From Parasitella parasitica NRRL 2501 (lineage: Eukaryota > Fungi > Mucoromycota): DNA of 64,000 nt. Within the stretch, counting starts at the first letter, position 1. The number at the start of each line of letters is the position of its first letter. The notes beneath the pieces are model-generated. The model was not told where the DNA came from. It was given only the letters and a program-made list of their open reading frames with translations, and ran no database searches. Shown piece by piece: positions 62,001 through 64,000 of the stretch. The DNA lies in the NCBI GenBank assembly GCA_025201805.1, contig MU619270.1, positions 77,037-141,036 on the forward strand. The letters run 5' to 3'. A program made the translations under genes and the position numbers.

Positions 62001-62178
62001 ATAAGGGGATCCCGCTTCTTCAATGAGTCTTCTTCTTTTTTGAAACAGAGAGATCATGAGAGCTAATTTCTCTTCAAAGCGTACGTTAAGATATTCTTTT
62101 ATGGGGTTTGAAGACCTAATTTTATTGTTATGTTCAGTTTATATGAATTTCTGGTATTGATAGTTGGCGACCTTACAT
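59040..62178 (-). pseudogene. Restriction-endonuclease-like (CR-REase/Crinkler-type) multicopy-family pseudogene, interrupted by a MULE
   Basis: Remnants SLAYNSIVHL; MSEQDIISRFYEPIFSTLF; GAFKIDLRV..FDVCNVEFAK..KCASDAAKVIIEGKCILD..LQFCG. The 5' exons (MSSNPIKEYLNVRFEEK...LIEE) lie right of the MULE. The family call rests on my recall of the motif pattern. Confidence 0.65.
60407..62012 (-). mobile_element. Internally deleted Mutator-like element (MULE), 1606 bp
   Basis: TIRs with a perfect 20-bp end GGATCCCCTTATTTTCTGTC (about 42 bp imperfect); 8-bp TSD CTCTTCTT/CGCTTCTT (1 mismatch). Transposase remnants TGKGYPVAY, HYCAFHV, TYNYIESWYNQLK and a frameshifted SWIM finger CLCPDF..ACKHM. Confidence 0.92.
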
Positions 62179-62246
62179 TTGGTTTTGAGTTAAAATAAAT
62201 GAACGTTGCTACGTGTTTTCAACCGAAACATTGGTGTTACCACTAA

Positions 62247-64000
62247 ATACAGTTTTTTTTTATGTTTTCTGAAAAAAAAGTTCAAGTGAATGATAAATGT
62301 CACGGTGTTTGTGATGACATATAATATGGTTTCTGACACAAACTTTTTACCTGATAAAAGCTAAGGGACATAGAGAACATTTTATAATGATAAGAGGAAT
62401 TGCGACGCTCTAATTTTATTTTTGGTCAAATAACCATTGTGCAGGAGAAATAGGTTTTATCAACACTATCAACATGTACTGCAGAACCTGAAACTGAACA
62501 ATCATCAACGGACAACAACACAAAATTGTTTAAATTCCATATGTTTAAATGTTGATAAATCATTACAGATATATCCGGTAGAAATTATACATCTGAATGA
62601 GCTCGAATATTTAGACAACTCTATAGAAATGCATAGTTATAAAAACTAAAAAATGCCTAAATTCAAAGTATCAAAGCACCAAAGTGCATATACTAATAAG
62701 GCATTTAGTTGTACGTGTCCGTCTAATTATGTATTTAAACAATGGCAGTTTACCCCTGAAATCCAAGTTTGAACCAACCAGTTCATTCTGTTTTCTCAGT
62801 CAATTATACCTCTTCAAAAATCGTAGCATATTCAAGCAAATGACAATCTCTACATTATAACTTCGCATTTTCATTTTATGTTACATCTGTTGAGTTAAGT
62901 CAATATCAAGGAATGAATATACAGTCGGGAATTGTTATAACGGACGGGTTGGTGTACGAAAATGTGTTTGGTATAGCGAGTTACCCCTATTCAGAAGTTG
63001 ATATTCTACAGTACAATGCCTGGAACCTGGAATCTACCAGAAGCTTATTATGAAGCTTAACTTTTGTTAGCAAAATTACCTTCAACCCCAATACAAATCT
63101 CTATTTTACTTTCTGTCTTACGAGTTTAGCATTTAAATAAAAAATAAAAGAAAAGGAACTCTTGAACTGACATAAAGCATTATTATAAGCAACTATGGTA
63201 ATAGGGCTTCTCTGTCACTAGTAATTAGCAACTCATGAATTATTCAAAAATAACAAGGGGTTATTACAGCAAAGCATTGTATTCATTAATCATCCTCATC
63301 TGCTTCCAACTCGATAGGCCACATCTGTTTGATTACGTTACTATAAACAAAGGTATACTTGTAGCTCAAAAATACTCACTTTATAGAGCTGTGTCATGTA
63401 CTACAATTGATATTGACGTGATACCATCTCCAGATAAGTATTTTTTACAGCTTAAAAGCAAGAATTTCAACTTTGTGTGCCATTTTTTGATTGATTTTCA
63501 TAATCAAATGTGCCCTGAAGACACCAGAAATAGTATCCATTGGGAAAAAACTATATTATATATGATTTTGGTGCAATTTGAGCATGATTTTTTTTTCGAT
63601 GCAAAATGATGGATTTTTTCGATTTTTTCCTTGTATCCACACATCCAAAATTATTGATTACGCATTATACTCAATTTTGACCCCAAAAATGTAACTTTTT
63701 ACTATAGCATATATTGGAGGAAAATGATCGTACAAGACCACTCCTTGATCTGAAAGACTGAAAATGCGCTCTGATTAAGCAAAATGTCGACTTCTACCTC
63801 TTAATTTGCTTTTGAGGTTTTCTCGGCAGAATTCCTTCCATAAGCATACGGGAATTATGAAATGATCCCATCGTGTAGAGCGTCCAAAAATACAGCTATT
63901 ATCATAGGCTGACAGCCGTGGTATGCATAGTATCGGAAGATGATATCTTGCCTCAAAGGAGTAATTTTGTTTTCGAATTATCCAAATCGAGTTTTTGAAA
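62247..64000 (+). repeat. Dispersed non-coding repeat, copy 2 (runs off the window)
   Basis: Direct repeat of 20400-22287 (offset 41713 in the conserved part). Confidence 0.97.

Overview
Eukaryotic, intron-rich, AT-rich fungal DNA. Short GT-AG introns, the IS630/Tc1 and MULE families, intronless F-box paralogues and the protein sequences point to Mucorales (inference; species not determinable). Intact genes: Sec61-beta, glycogen synthase, a DCN1-like protein, an NDP kinase with an N-terminal hydrophobic anchor, a PQ-loop transporter, a large GT-A glycosyltransferase-like protein, a type IIC (Na/K-like) P-type ATPase, a HIT/Hnt1 protein, a bacterial-type Fe-S L-serine dehydratase, an F-box/LRR protein, a Cys-rich LEA_2-like membrane protein, Tra1/TRRAP, an aldehyde dehydrogenase and two small secreted proteins. 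Mobile or decayed DNA: one intact Tc1/mariner DD34E element with perfect 176-bp TIRs, one broken Tc1 element, an internally deleted MULE nested in a REase-like pseudogene, and SDR, M20 peptidase and F-box pseudogenes. The most unusual feature is a non-coding repeat of at least 1.75 kb present twice (20400-22287+ and 62247-64000+). Its identity rises from about 70% to about 99% left to right, and in both copies its left edge sits just upstream of a different, unrelated minus-strand gene. All alignments, identities and RNA folds were done by eye.
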